Positions 27,591 through 35,793 of a stretch of DNA of 64,000 nucleotides are shown here, piece after piece. The stretch comes from an uncultured Candidatus Saccharibacteria bacterium. GTDB taxonomy: Bacteria; Patescibacteriota; Saccharimonadia; Saccharimonadales; JAGQNJ01. A model generated the notes under the pieces. That model did no database searches and was not told the origin of the DNA. It saw nothing but the letters and a program-made list of their open reading frames with translations. A program made the translations under genes and the position numbers. The DNA lies in contig CAZBPY010000001.1 in the NCBI GenBank assembly GCA_964493895.1, positions 91,233 through 155,232 of the forward strand, read 5' to 3'. Numbering within the stretch: position 1 is the stretch's first letter; each line of letters starts with the position of its first letter.

Positions 27591-28451
27591 TTAAAAGTCT
27601 AGGATTTCGCGAACGCGTTGAGAGCTGGCACTGGGGTTGTAGTCGTCAAACCATAGCACTGACCAACCCTTTTGATCGGCAGCCATTAGATTAGCCCGGG
27701 TGTCGTCAACTAGAAGTATCTCGGAGGCCGGTGCACCGGCTCGATCTTGGGCTATCTCGTAAATTTTGGCCTCTGGCTTGATAGTATGTTCGACGGAAGA
27801 ATCTATTATAACGTCGTAGGGCAGGTCTGGAATGATTTTCTTAGCCCGCATCTCTTCGATCATGCCGGGCATAATGTTGCTCATCAATCCGATACGATAA
27901 TGTTGGTGAGCCCAATCGAGAAGTTTGTGCATTTCTTTGATTGGCTTGACTGCTTTTAGATAATAGGGGGACCAGTCGATTGGTTCGGTTTCCATCTGTT
28001 TTGAGAACTTTTTGTTGAACTGATCAAGAGTGATTTCGCCGCGGCAGACTGCGTCGTTAAAGCGCCAGAAGGCAGCTTCGACTTTGTGCAGCGGCACTCC
28101 GGTTTTGGCTGACAAATCAGTGAAGGCACTGTGGAAAAAGTGCACCAGGCAGCCGTTGATATCAAAGTAAACAAAGCTGATGCCATTCTTAGAAGTTTTC
28201 TTGGTTGAAGCATTGTTGTCGCGTGATTGGCGACCGACGAGTTCATCCAGAGAAACTCCAATGACATCGGCGATGCTTTCAATTGTGAAAATCGACGGCG
28301 CCTTAATTGCTCCGCGTTCGACTTTGGCCAGAGTTGAATAAGAAAGATCAGCCTTGGCACACAGTTCCTGCTGAGTCAGTCCGGCCTTTTGTCGTGCCAT
28401 CTGTAAACGTTTGCCTAGAGCAATCTCTTGCCCATCCACCTCTGATTGCAT
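27591..28451 (-). CDS. XRE-family HTH domain fused to a HAD-superfamily hydrolase domain
   Basis: N-terminal LGKRLQMARQKAGLTQQELCAKADLSYSTLAKVERG (HTH_3-like). C-terminal FVYFDINGCLV (HAD motif I-like) and LLVDDTRANLMAA (motif IV-like). Confidence 0.75.
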   Translation of the reverse strand: MQSEVDGQEIALGKRLQMARQKAGLTQQELCAKADLSYSTLAKVERGAIKAPSIFTIESIADVIGVSLDELVGRQSRDNNASTKKTSKNGISFVYFDINGCLVHFFHSAFTDLSAKTGVPLHKVEAAFWRFNDAVCRGEITLDQFNKKFSKQMETEPIDWSPYYLKAVKPIKEMHKLLDWAHQHYRIGLMSNIMPGMIEEMRAKKIIPDLPYDVIIDSSVEHTIKPEAKIYEIAQDRAGAPASEILLVDDTRANLMAADQKGWSVLWFDDYNPSASSQRVREILDF

Positions 28452-28510
28452 AACCCTATAATACTAGAAAATTGTGAGTGAGGGTAGTACTAAATGGCTA
28501 GTTTCTAAAG

Positions 28511-28696
28511 CTAATTTCCAATTGCGTTGCCAATTATGGCCAGCACCACTAGCATAAAGACGAACAATAGGGCGCCAGACAAACCGGCTACAATCAAAGA
28601 ACTTTGGGTGTTACCACCAGTCCGAGAATACATCTTACTGTATATCCAGGTACCAGCTCCGGCGGCAAAGAAAAAGGCAATTAGAAAGTTCGACAT
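28511..28696 (-). CDS. Small two-helix membrane protein
   Basis: 61 aa with two hydrophobic helices. Confidence 0.4.
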   Translation of the reverse strand: MSNFLIAFFFAAGAGTWIYSKMYSRTGGNTQSSLIVAGLSGALLFVFMLVVLAIIGNAIGN

Positions 28697-28705
28697 ATAG
28701 TTATT

Positions 28706-29107
28706 TTAACTCATGCGCAGCTTTTCAGCCATGGCTGCCAGCTCCTCTTGAGTCGGAGCCGGTATTTTGTTAGCCAGAGCCTCTTCTATGCCAGTATCCA
28801 GGGGGAAGACGTGAATATGAACGTGATCGGGCACCCCAAAGCCTTCAACAGTAATGCCGACGCGCTTTGGCTTAAGTACTTGGCGCTGACGATTAGCAAT
28901 CTTTTTAGCAATTTTCATTAAATAAATGTAGTCCTGATCATCCATGTCCCAAAGATGATCGACAGGATGCTTGGGAACCACTAAAGTGTGGCCAGCTGTC
29001 ACCGGTGTGATGTCCAGAAAAGCCAGGGTTTTATCATCCTCATAGACTTTGTGCGATGGAATTTCACCTTTTATAATCTTGGTAAAAATTGAGTCTCCCT
29101 CAGCCAT
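28706..29107 (-). CDS. HIT-family (histidine triad) nucleotide hydrolase
   Basis: HVHIHVFP histidine triad; N-terminal IFTKIIKGEIPS. Confidence 0.9.
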   Translation of the reverse strand: MAEGDSIFTKIIKGEIPSHKVYEDDKTLAFLDITPVTAGHTLVVPKHPVDHLWDMDDQDYIYLMKIAKKIANRQRQVLKPKRVGITVEGFGVPDHVHIHVFPLDTGIEEALANKIPAPTQEELAAMAEKLRMS

Positions 29108-29145
29108 ACAGCCATTATAGCATCGAGCGGTGTTACAATAGACGC

Positions 29146-30225
29146 ATGCAAGGCCTGAAAAAGTTTGGCTTGGTTGTCTCGATTATAGTATTCGGGCCGT
29201 TATTTATCTTGAGTGTGGTTTCATTTTCCTTTAATCGTACCCTGGGCGATAAAGAGTATACAAAACAGACAATCACCGATGCCAGGCTGTATGATGCAAT
29301 TGGTCAGACTATTCAAAGCGAGGCTGTTGGATCTGATCTAGCCAATGCTGATCCGTTGATAACCACAGCTCTGCAGACAGCTGTTTCTGGAGATAGTCTC
29401 CAGTCAGCTCTGGAGCCCCTGATTGACAATACTTACGGCTGGCTTGATGGAAGTGCCGAGCAGCCGGAATTTTCTTTAGCAGTTGACCCCATAAAAGCGA
29501 ATTTTCAACAGAATTTGACTGCGTCTTTGCAGCAGCGGGCGGCTAGTTTGCCAGTTTGTCCGGGGTTCCAGCCTACTTCCGGAACTGATATCTTCACCTA
29601 TAACTGTATCCCGCGCGGTACCGACGTGACTGCCCTAATTAACGACACTGTCAATCGTATTAGTACTAATGCCAGCATCTTTGCTGATGAAGCTGCCGCC
29701 GATGGCACCATTAGCACCGAGGAGGCCAGAGAATTAGGGGTCAGCGATCCGACCCAGAACTTGCCCGATACTTTACCAAACACCTTTCAATTCCTAGCCA
29801 AAGGTCAGTGGTGGTTTATAATCGGCGCCTTCTTAAGCGCCGTTGGCGTAGTATTGTTAAGCAAAACTGCCCTGTATGGCTTTAGGAAGCTTGGCATTCT
29901 TCTGGTGATAAACGGTGTAGGTGTTCTAATTGTTGGGTTCATTTTTGGCTTTATTATCAGTGCTTTGACGCCAAATGCCTCCGTTGAGGTGACTGAGTCA
30001 GCCGTAAACGCCCTCAAGCAAGCCTCTAGGATCATCCTCAACGACAACGCCGGCATGCTTAAGATCATTGGCTTAGTAGCCTTGAGTTTGGGTGTGATCA
30101 GCATTGTAGTCAGCTCGATCTTGCTCAAAAACTCACGCGATAACGATATGCCCAAGCCGCCCAGGATACCCAAGAAAACACCGGGGTCTACTGTAAAAAA
30201 TCCGGCCTCAAAAGCCGCTAAATGA
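29146..30225 (+). CDS. Hypothetical polytopic membrane protein
   Basis: Start set to MQGLKKFGLVVSIIVFGPLF (ATG 29146), which avoids overlap with the HIT gene. N-terminal TM helix, a large loop, and 3-4 C-terminal TM helices. Confidence 0.55.
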   Translation: MQGLKKFGLVVSIIVFGPLFILSVVSFSFNRTLGDKEYTKQTITDARLYDAIGQTIQSEAVGSDLANADPLITTALQTAVSGDSLQSALEPLIDNTYGWLDGSAEQPEFSLAVDPIKANFQQNLTASLQQRAASLPVCPGFQPTSGTDIFTYNCIPRGTDVTALINDTVNRISTNASIFADEAAADGTISTEEARELGVSDPTQNLPDTLPNTFQFLAKGQWWFIIGAFLSAVGVVLLSKTALYGFRKLGILLVINGVGVLIVGFIFGFIISALTPNASVEVTESAVNALKQASRIILNDNAGMLKIIGLVALSLGVISIVVSSILLKNSRDNDMPKPPRIPKKTPGSTVKNPASKAAK

Positions 30226-30227
30226 AC

Positions 30228-30319
30228 TGGCGGAGAGGGTGGGATTCGAACCCACGAGACCGCTTGCGCGGCCTGCTGGTTTTCAAGACCAGTTCCTTCA
30301 ACCACTCGGACACCTCTCC
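30228..30319 (-). tRNA. tRNA-Ser (anticodon UGA), CCA encoded
   Basis: Manual fold: GGAGAGG acceptor, anticodon arm CTGGT-CTTGAAA-ACCAG, long variable arm, GGTTCGAATCC T-loop, 3-prime GCCA. Confidence 0.9.
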
Positions 30320-30341
30320 TGGTGTCTGCTTCCAGGTATTA

Positions 30342-30437
<96 letters not shown>

Positions 30438-30502
30438 ATGTTGATGGCCTAGGACCTGGCTATTATAACAGAGAGGGAAGGGGAAATAAACTGACGGGGT
30501 TA

Positions 30503-30531
30503 TTGACATTTTATGAACCTTCGGGTATAAT
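30503..30531 (+). promoter_or_regulatory. Perfect consensus sigma-70 promoter (TTGACA - 17 nt - TATAAT)
   Basis: TTGACA 30503..30508, 17-nt spacer, TATAAT 30526..30531. The TTG start of the tracked ORF is the -35 hexamer itself. Confidence 0.65.
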
Positions 30532-30544
30532 GTTATTATTATTT

Positions 30545-30820
30545 ATGTCAGTACCAGAAACAAACACAGCACTAGAAGCACAAACCAGGGGTGAACGTTT
30601 TAAAAACGGAGCATTGGGACTTGGACTTTTAGCGGTCGGTGCCACAATGGCAGTTAAAAATGGACTAGAACTTCCAGAGTTTATTGACCTAGCCAATATG
30701 CACATAGATTCAGATGCGCCAGGTGCGCTGGGAACTTTTTTTGGTGCAGGCTCTGGCCTTGCATCTATGTCGCTTGGGCTACGGCGTTTAGCCCGAAATA
30801 ATCCTCAAGATCAAGCATAA
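30545..30820 (+). CDS. Small hypothetical Gly/Ala-rich membrane protein
   Basis: First ATG downstream of the consensus promoter (13 nt after the -10, no Shine-Dalgarno). 91 aa. Confidence 0.5.
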   Translation: MSVPETNTALEAQTRGERFKNGALGLGLLAVGATMAVKNGLELPEFIDLANMHIDSDAPGALGTFFGAGSGLASMSLGLRRLARNNPQDQA

Positions 30821-30857
30821 CCCCACTGTCATTAGCTTGATGTAGTACAATATTCTT

Positions 30858-31430
30858 ATGGCAGAGAGGGCTAAGCAGGATAAGTCGGCGCCGAAGAAGA
30901 CCGATCCTCAGGCGGATTGGCAGTATCAGGACGATACGCCAGCCCCTGCTGGCAATACCAGGTTTTCTGAAATAGACCCGGTTTCTTGGACAGCTTCAGA
31001 GTACATTGAACACGAAAAGTCGGCTGGCTGGTTTGTGAGATACGTGCTGGCGGTGATAGTTTTGGTTAGCTTAATTTTCTTGCTCACTCGGGAGTGGTTC
31101 TCGGTAATACTTACCTTTGCTTTAGCGGTGGTGTTTGGTATTTTTGCAGCTCGCAAGCCAACTGTTTTGCAGTATCACTTAGACAACCGCGGCGTTGTTA
31201 TTGGTCAAAAACTATATCCCATAAGCCTATTTAGGTCGTTTGCGGTAGTTGATGAAGGGGCTTTTCACTCAATCATACTGCTACCAATGAAGCGATTTAT
31301 GCCATCAATATCCATTTACTATGCCCCGGATGACGAAGCCGCCATACTGAACGCTTTTAGTCTGCTTTTGCCGCAGGAAACTCACCAACACGATGCCATT
31401 GACCGCTTGATGCACCGAATCCGATTTTAA
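30858..31430 (+). CDS. Hypothetical membrane protein (two TM helices followed by a small soluble domain)
   Basis: WFVRYVLAVIVLVSLIFLL and FSVILTFALAVVFGIFA helices. No confident family. Confidence 0.5.
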   Translation: MAERAKQDKSAPKKTDPQADWQYQDDTPAPAGNTRFSEIDPVSWTASEYIEHEKSAGWFVRYVLAVIVLVSLIFLLTREWFSVILTFALAVVFGIFAARKPTVLQYHLDNRGVVIGQKLYPISLFRSFAVVDEGAFHSIILLPMKRFMPSISIYYAPDDEAAILNAFSLLLPQETHQHDAIDRLMHRIRF

Positions 31431-31437
31431 AATCAGT

Positions 31438-31527
31438 CTAATAGACTATAAATTTTTGCCAAAATTCTCGTTTGTCTGTTTGTTTTTCCATATATTTATC
31501 GCTCTCTCGTGGAACTCTTTTTGACAT
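31438..31527 (-). CDS. Candidate small basic protein (29 aa), not in the ORF track
   Basis: GGAGGTGG Shine-Dalgarno directly upstream of tandem ATG ATG (31530/31527). Translation MSKRVPRESDKYMEKQTDKREFWQKFIVY, then TAG. Confidence 0.35.
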   Translation of the reverse strand: MSKRVPRESDKYMEKQTDKREFWQKFIVY

Positions 31528-31636
31528 CATCCACCTCCTACCCAAAAGCTTAAACAAGATGCTGCTGTCAAGCTGTAAAAAATTTCGCTAGAGGTGGCAG
31601 AGGCGTGCTATGCTATGTTTACAACTTGTAAAATCT

Positions 31637-32197
31637 ATGAAAGCCTTAGTTATTGCCGACCGAAACCCCCATCTGAACATTCCGGAATTTGTTAAGGAAC
31701 AAGTTGTTGATTTAGTTATAACCCTGGGAGATCTGACGCGAGAAGATATTCTGGGTCTTGAATCCACCCGCAATATACCCAAAATCGGTGTCTACGGCAA
31801 TCACGACAGCGGTCAATACATGGATGAGCTGGGAATAATCAATCTGCACCTGAAAACCTGGCAACTCGACGACCTAACATTTGGTGGTTTTGAGGGCTGC
31901 GTCCGCTATAAAGACAATCCTGACGCAATTATGTACACCCAGGACGAAGCCAATTCGCTAATGTCTAATTTCCCTTACGTTGATGTGTTTATTTGTCACT
32001 GCCCACCATACGGTATCAATGACGAACCGGACGAAGTTGCCCACCAGGGTTTTCATGCTTTACGCAATTATATCGATGCTCAGCATCCTAGGGTATTGTT
32101 GCACGGACACACCTATCCTGCCGATAGCAATCTGGCAACCCAGCACGGTTCAACCCGCATAGAATACGTTTTTGGTTACCGTGTGATTGAGCTTTAG
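31637..32197 (+). CDS. Calcineurin-like metallophosphoesterase
   Basis: MKALVIAD, GDL, GNHD, and GHTY(H) motifs in the canonical order. Start set to ATG 31637 because an extended -10 TGcTATGCT (31606..31614) overlaps the tracked start 31610. Confidence 0.8.
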   Translation: MKALVIADRNPHLNIPEFVKEQVVDLVITLGDLTREDILGLESTRNIPKIGVYGNHDSGQYMDELGIINLHLKTWQLDDLTFGGFEGCVRYKDNPDAIMYTQDEANSLMSNFPYVDVFICHCPPYGINDEPDEVAHQGFHALRNYIDAQHPRVLLHGHTYPADSNLATQHGSTRIEYVFGYRVIEL

Positions 32198-32490
32198 TAG
32201 TCAGTATTTTGCTGTCTCTGGCGGTGAGAGATTTCACCGAGGATTTGCTGGAAAGCCAAGAGTCTCTTCTGGGGGTCTGTGATTGATTTTGCGGCTGTTA
32301 TCGCCTCATTAGCAAGTGCATCATCCCACTCATCACGCAGTAAATCCATAGTCGCAAAAACTCGACTTTCCGGATCCTTCACCTGAGATATCAGGGGTTT
32401 TATTTCACTGGTAACCTGTTGTTTTAACTGATCCAGACTTGTGTTATTGTCAGTTGTTTGTTCGTCCATGACGCCCTCCGCTTTTTTCAT
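32194..32490 (-). CDS. Hypothetical helical protein
   Basis: ORF only. 4-nt overlap with the convergent upstream gene end. Confidence 0.4.
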   Translation of the reverse strand: MKKAEGVMDEQTTDNNTSLDQLKQQVTSEIKPLISQVKDPESRVFATMDLLRDEWDDALANEAITAAKSITDPQKRLLAFQQILGEISHRQRQQNTDY

Positions 32491-32630
32491 GTGTCAACCA
32501 TTACTTTAACAGCATAAAGGTAAACGAACAACGGGTATGATCCTGGTTTGTTAGAGTTCATTCACCTCTCTGCGCTAAAGGTTTTATTGGCGTGGTATGC
32601 TACATCTATGACACACGGAGGGGAGCTATC

Positions 32631-33050
32631 ATGAGCAGTATAAAAACTCTAGCCAACGACGCCAGCGTAGAGGGCTTCATAAACTCCGTGGACAGCGATA
32701 AAAAGAGAGCTGATGCTTATAAGTTATTGGAGATTTACAAGAAGGCCACCGGCGAGAAGCCGGTGATGTGGGGCTCTAGCATCATTGGTTTTGGCAAGTA
32801 TCATTATAAGTCTGAGCGAAGCCGGCAGGAAGGCGACTGGCCCCTGGCTGGCTTTTCGCCCCGCAAACAAAGCCTGACACTTTATGTCATGAATGAGGGT
32901 TTTAATTACGGCAATTTGCTTGACCGCTTGGGCAAACACTCGACCTCCAAAGCCTGCTTGTACATCAAAAAACTAGACGATGTCGATCTTAGTATCCTGG
33001 AGAAGCTGGTGAAACGCGCCTATGAAGACGCCAAAAGGATGCTGACATAG
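32631..33050 (+). CDS. DUF1801 (YdhG-like) domain protein
   Basis: VEGFINSV..KRADAYKLLEIYKKATGEKPVMWGSSIIGFGKYHYKSERSRQEGDWPLAGFSPRKQSLTLYVM matches the DUF1801 pattern. Start set to ATG 32631, preceded by GGAGGGGAG. Confidence 0.75.
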   Translation: MSSIKTLANDASVEGFINSVDSDKKRADAYKLLEIYKKATGEKPVMWGSSIIGFGKYHYKSERSRQEGDWPLAGFSPRKQSLTLYVMNEGFNYGNLLDRLGKHSTSKACLYIKKLDDVDLSILEKLVKRAYEDAKRMLT

Positions 33051-33187
33051 CAAGAAGAATGGAAGAGACCCGCACATCAAGCGTGGTACGGTGCGCGGTA
33101 GTAAAAGAAGTTCAAGCAATGGCCACCAAGTTGCTTATGTTTGTTAATGCTTATAGTTAGTAGATGCCCCCTTGATATACTTAGAAT

Positions 33188-33826
33188 ATGGTTTTACCAA
33201 GCTACACCGGAACTAAAGAAAATTCACTGACAAGATCAGAAGGTGTAGCACTTACCCTTGAGCTTGGTGCTGCACATCACGGTGATGATTACCATAATGC
33301 CGATGCATTTGGTCGAGTATTACATTTTGGAGGCGTGAATTATCTTGAAGCAGAAAGAGACCGAGACCCCGGCGCATTCGCCGGTAAAGTAGAAAGACAA
33401 ATTGAGGAGCTAAAAGAGATAGTTGCGCCTCATATCGGCAAATGGGCTGCCGCAAAGCATAGGATGCTAGGTGTAGATAATGATGGGGGCTGGGAGTTAT
33501 GGGAACGGCTATTTGATAGGTCTAAAGTTATGCATACGAGCGGCATTATTCTTGGTGTAGCAGGTGTAAAAATGGAAAGGTGTATGCACTTTGATCATGA
33601 TTATCCGAATGAAGTTGCTAAAGCAAGGGTGAGTTCGTGGCGAGGCGGCGCTTATAAGATAGGTGTTTTATTAGATACAACTCACACAACCCCTTACTTC
33701 AGTTACCGAGTTGAAGCTCCTGGCACCAACAGAATGCTTGTTCCTGTACGAGGTTTCCCAAGACACAGAAAGTCGTTTAGCGGCCTATGGTCTTGGCAGC
33801 TAAGTGGCTTTGATAAGCGGGACTAA
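33188..33826 (+). CDS. Hypothetical protein (module 1 of the tRNA-Arg-linked array)
   Basis: 212-aa ORF bounded by junction motifs at 33084 and 33892. No recognised domain. Confidence 0.5.
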   Translation: MVLPSYTGTKENSLTRSEGVALTLELGAAHHGDDYHNADAFGRVLHFGGVNYLEAERDRDPGAFAGKVERQIEELKEIVAPHIGKWAAAKHRMLGVDNDGGWELWERLFDRSKVMHTSGIILGVAGVKMERCMHFDHDYPNEVAKARVSSWRGGAYKIGVLLDTTHTTPYFSYRVEAPGTNRMLVPVRGFPRHRKSFSGLWSWQLSGFDKRD

Positions 33827-33840
33827 TACGCTACCGCCAA

Positions 33841-33898
33841 AACACCAAACCGGATTCAAACTCATTTCAATCTCTATCTGTAATTACCTCGTGGTACA
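33841..33898. repeat. Degenerate, internally deleted copy of the 110-bp tRNA-Arg-flank repeat
   Basis: AACACCAAACCGGATTCAAACTCATTTCAA...CTGTAATTACCTCGTGGTACA aligns with both ends of the 110-bp repeat, including the terminal TGGTACA. Confidence 0.55.
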
Positions 33899-33924
33899 CG
33901 GTAGTAAAAGGGGTAAGAGCCTTA

Positions 33925-34317
33925 CTATTGACTGCTTGATGCCTTAATTGCTTTGATGACTGCTGCAGATTCGCTAAGTATTGAAGCAATGACCGGTTCG
34001 TCAATAGTATTGGCAGCCTCGGCGATATCACCAACCAAAGCATGTCTACCTTTGCTGTATTCAACAAACCTGATTGCTGGCGAAGGAGTCTCAGACAAAA
34101 TTTCCATTAAGTGATGCCAGGCACTAGTCGCATCCTGAGGGTTACTAATCTTAAAGTCGGTGAGAGTTAGAATGTCTTCTTGGGTTTCATCACATAGCCG
34201 TGAAAATGCCTGTCGCTCTTCTAGCTTCACTCTCATTCGGTCTTCTGCCTGGGCGATTTCCTCAACCTGATTGCCTATAATTTCAGCTCGTTGCTCAATC
34301 ACTGTCGCAATTCCCAA
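33925..34317 (-). CDS. Hypothetical protein (module 2), possibly 5-prime truncated
   Basis: The tracked start is a TTG. The same frame stays open for 43 more codons upstream with no ATG or GTG, up to a stop at 34447..34449, about 20 nt from repeat copy 1. Confidence 0.4.
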   Translation of the reverse strand: MGIATVIEQRAEIIGNQVEEIAQAEDRMRVKLEERQAFSRLCDETQEDILTLTDFKISNPQDATSAWHHLMEILSETPSPAIRFVEYSKGRHALVGDIAEAANTIDEPVIASILSESAAVIKAIKASSSQ

Positions 34318-34467
34318 TAAGCCAACCCTACGTGCCGTGAATGCAACATCAAAGTATGGTTTTTGGGCGTATGCTATATCCCAAGCAAGTCCTTCGTCAG
34401 CTCTTAAATCTTCTGGATTTTCAGCTATGTGTAAATTATCAGTAATTTATAGAGCCAGCGCAAGCAC

Positions 34468-34577
34468 AAGCAAAACACCAAGCAGGAATCAAACTCAATT
34501 TAAAGTGTTAATTTCCAGCCATCAAAAAAGAGATTGAAAATGGCTTCAATCCCTACCTGTAATTTCACTATGGTACA
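34468..34577. repeat. 110-bp direct repeat, copy 1 (identical to 35684..35793)
   Basis: Base-for-base identical to copy 2 by manual comparison. Ends in TGGTACA, the complement of the tRNA-Arg 3-prime terminus. Carries the hairpin GATTGAA-N6-TTCAATC plus a T-run (minus-strand sense). Confidence 0.9.
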
Positions 34578-34603
34578 GCACAATTTACGAGGTTAGAACT
34601 ATT

Positions 34604-35113
34604 TTAGCTAGCTAATGGTTGGTGGCGATAATTTTGATTATAGTCTTCTGCTAAGCGCAGGATGTCTATTGGCCCTTCATCAGAAGCATATATTCCATAT
34701 GTGGATTCAACTAGTTTTTGCAAGTGATTACCGTCAAAACTAAAGGCTGTATCTACAATGTGCTGCATTGCGTCCTCATGTGGTTGGGTGAAATCAAAAG
34801 TAGGCGGGTGGGTAAGCACAACGTGTCCTGTAAATGAATCTCTTGTGACAGAATAACTTAAATTGGCTTCTGTTCCGTAAAGCTCTTCAGCGAAAGCAAC
34901 AAGATCTGGAGCAAATCTAGATAACCTCCAGGGCACATCAGTAATCGTAGCGCCTGTTTCAATTGCCGACTTCCAGTCTGCTAGATAAATAAGGCGGCCC
35001 AGCACTCTAATCTCAGTTGGATCGAGTTTTGGAGCCTCAATAAATCCATCTGTCATTCTATGAGCAACCGAGTTAAGTATTTCTCCATTCCCAGTAGGTG
35101 GCGCCCTAAACAT
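34604..35113 (-). CDS. Hypothetical protein (module 3)
   Basis: 169-aa ORF. The segment RLIYLADWKSAIETGATITDVPW faintly resembles Panacea/SocA-like (DUF4065) domains, but I cannot support that call. Confidence 0.45.
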   Translation of the reverse strand: MFRAPPTGNGEILNSVAHRMTDGFIEAPKLDPTEIRVLGRLIYLADWKSAIETGATITDVPWRLSRFAPDLVAFAEELYGTEANLSYSVTRDSFTGHVVLTHPPTFDFTQPHEDAMQHIVDTAFSFDGNHLQKLVESTYGIYASDEGPIDILRLAEDYNQNYRHQPLAS

Positions 35114-35124
35114 ATATACAGCTT

Positions 35125-35153
35125 AACAAAAAAGACTCTCAATGAAAGTCTTT
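35125..35153 (-). terminator. Rho-independent terminator-like hairpin between modules 4 and 3
   Basis: Minus-strand sense: AAAGACT - 9 nt - AGTCTTT, followed by TTTTG. Confidence 0.45.
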
Positions 35154-35216
35154 AGAAACGTTTATGTTTGGTACACAAGGCAGTAAAAGAAGTTCAAACG
35201 TTACTAGTACGCATTA

Positions 35217-35615
35217 CTACGGCTGCTGCCTAACGCCCAAATAATAATTATCAGCGCCGACCGCCCCATGCCATTCGGCTTTGCGAATTTCGGCAAGCTC
35301 TTCTTGAAGCTGTCTCCTTGCTCTGGGGCTTAAAGCTGCACCTGGGATTGACTCTAGTGTAGGTGGCTCGCTTCTCCAGGCCGGCATTCCGCCAGGGAGA
35401 TTCTTGCCCCTTACTATATGTTTGCCTGCTAGAAAAATGTTGAACGCCTCAGTTCTATCGTGGGGTACCTGCAATACATCGGCAAATTCTCGCATAGCAG
35501 CATTTAATTCTGTACGTTCATTTTCTGGTCCCAGTAATGCAATGGCTGCTAGGTGATGAATAGTCTTTACGTCATTATTACCGACCTCAACAGGTGGCTC
35601 AAAATCGTATGCCAT
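35217..35615 (-). CDS. Hypothetical protein (module 4)
   Basis: The tracked start 35714 lies inside repeat copy 2 (the tRNA-Arg terminator region), so the first internal ATG (35615, MAYDFEPPVEV) is preferred. The start remains uncertain. Confidence 0.45.
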   Translation of the reverse strand: MAYDFEPPVEVGNNDVKTIHHLAAIALLGPENERTELNAAMREFADVLQVPHDRTEAFNIFLAGKHIVRGKNLPGGMPAWRSEPPTLESIPGAALSPRARRQLQEELAEIRKAEWHGAVGADNYYLGVRQQP

Positions 35616-35683
35616 TCCGTCTTGTTCAAAGTGGGCGATTTGCACATTTTTATTATGGTTGAATGAATATGTTTTGCAAGGAT

Positions 35684-35793
35684 AAGCAAAACACCAAGCA
35701 GGAATCAAACTCAATTTAAAGTGTTAATTTCCAGCCATCAAAAAAGAGATTGAAAATGGCTTCAATCCCTACCTGTAATTTCACTATGGTACA
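35684..35793. repeat. 110-bp direct repeat, copy 2 (overlaps the last 7 nt of tRNA-Arg and contains its terminator)
   Basis: Identical to 34468..34577. Hairpin GATTGAA (35748..35754) / TTCAATC (35761..35767), followed on the minus strand by TCTTTTTTG. Confidence 0.9.

Noticed and set aside
34604-35113. Calling module-3 ORF a Panacea/SocA-like antitoxin
   Set aside because: Only a short segment (RLIYLADWKSA...) resembles that family, and I cannot align the rest from memory. It is kept as hypothetical.
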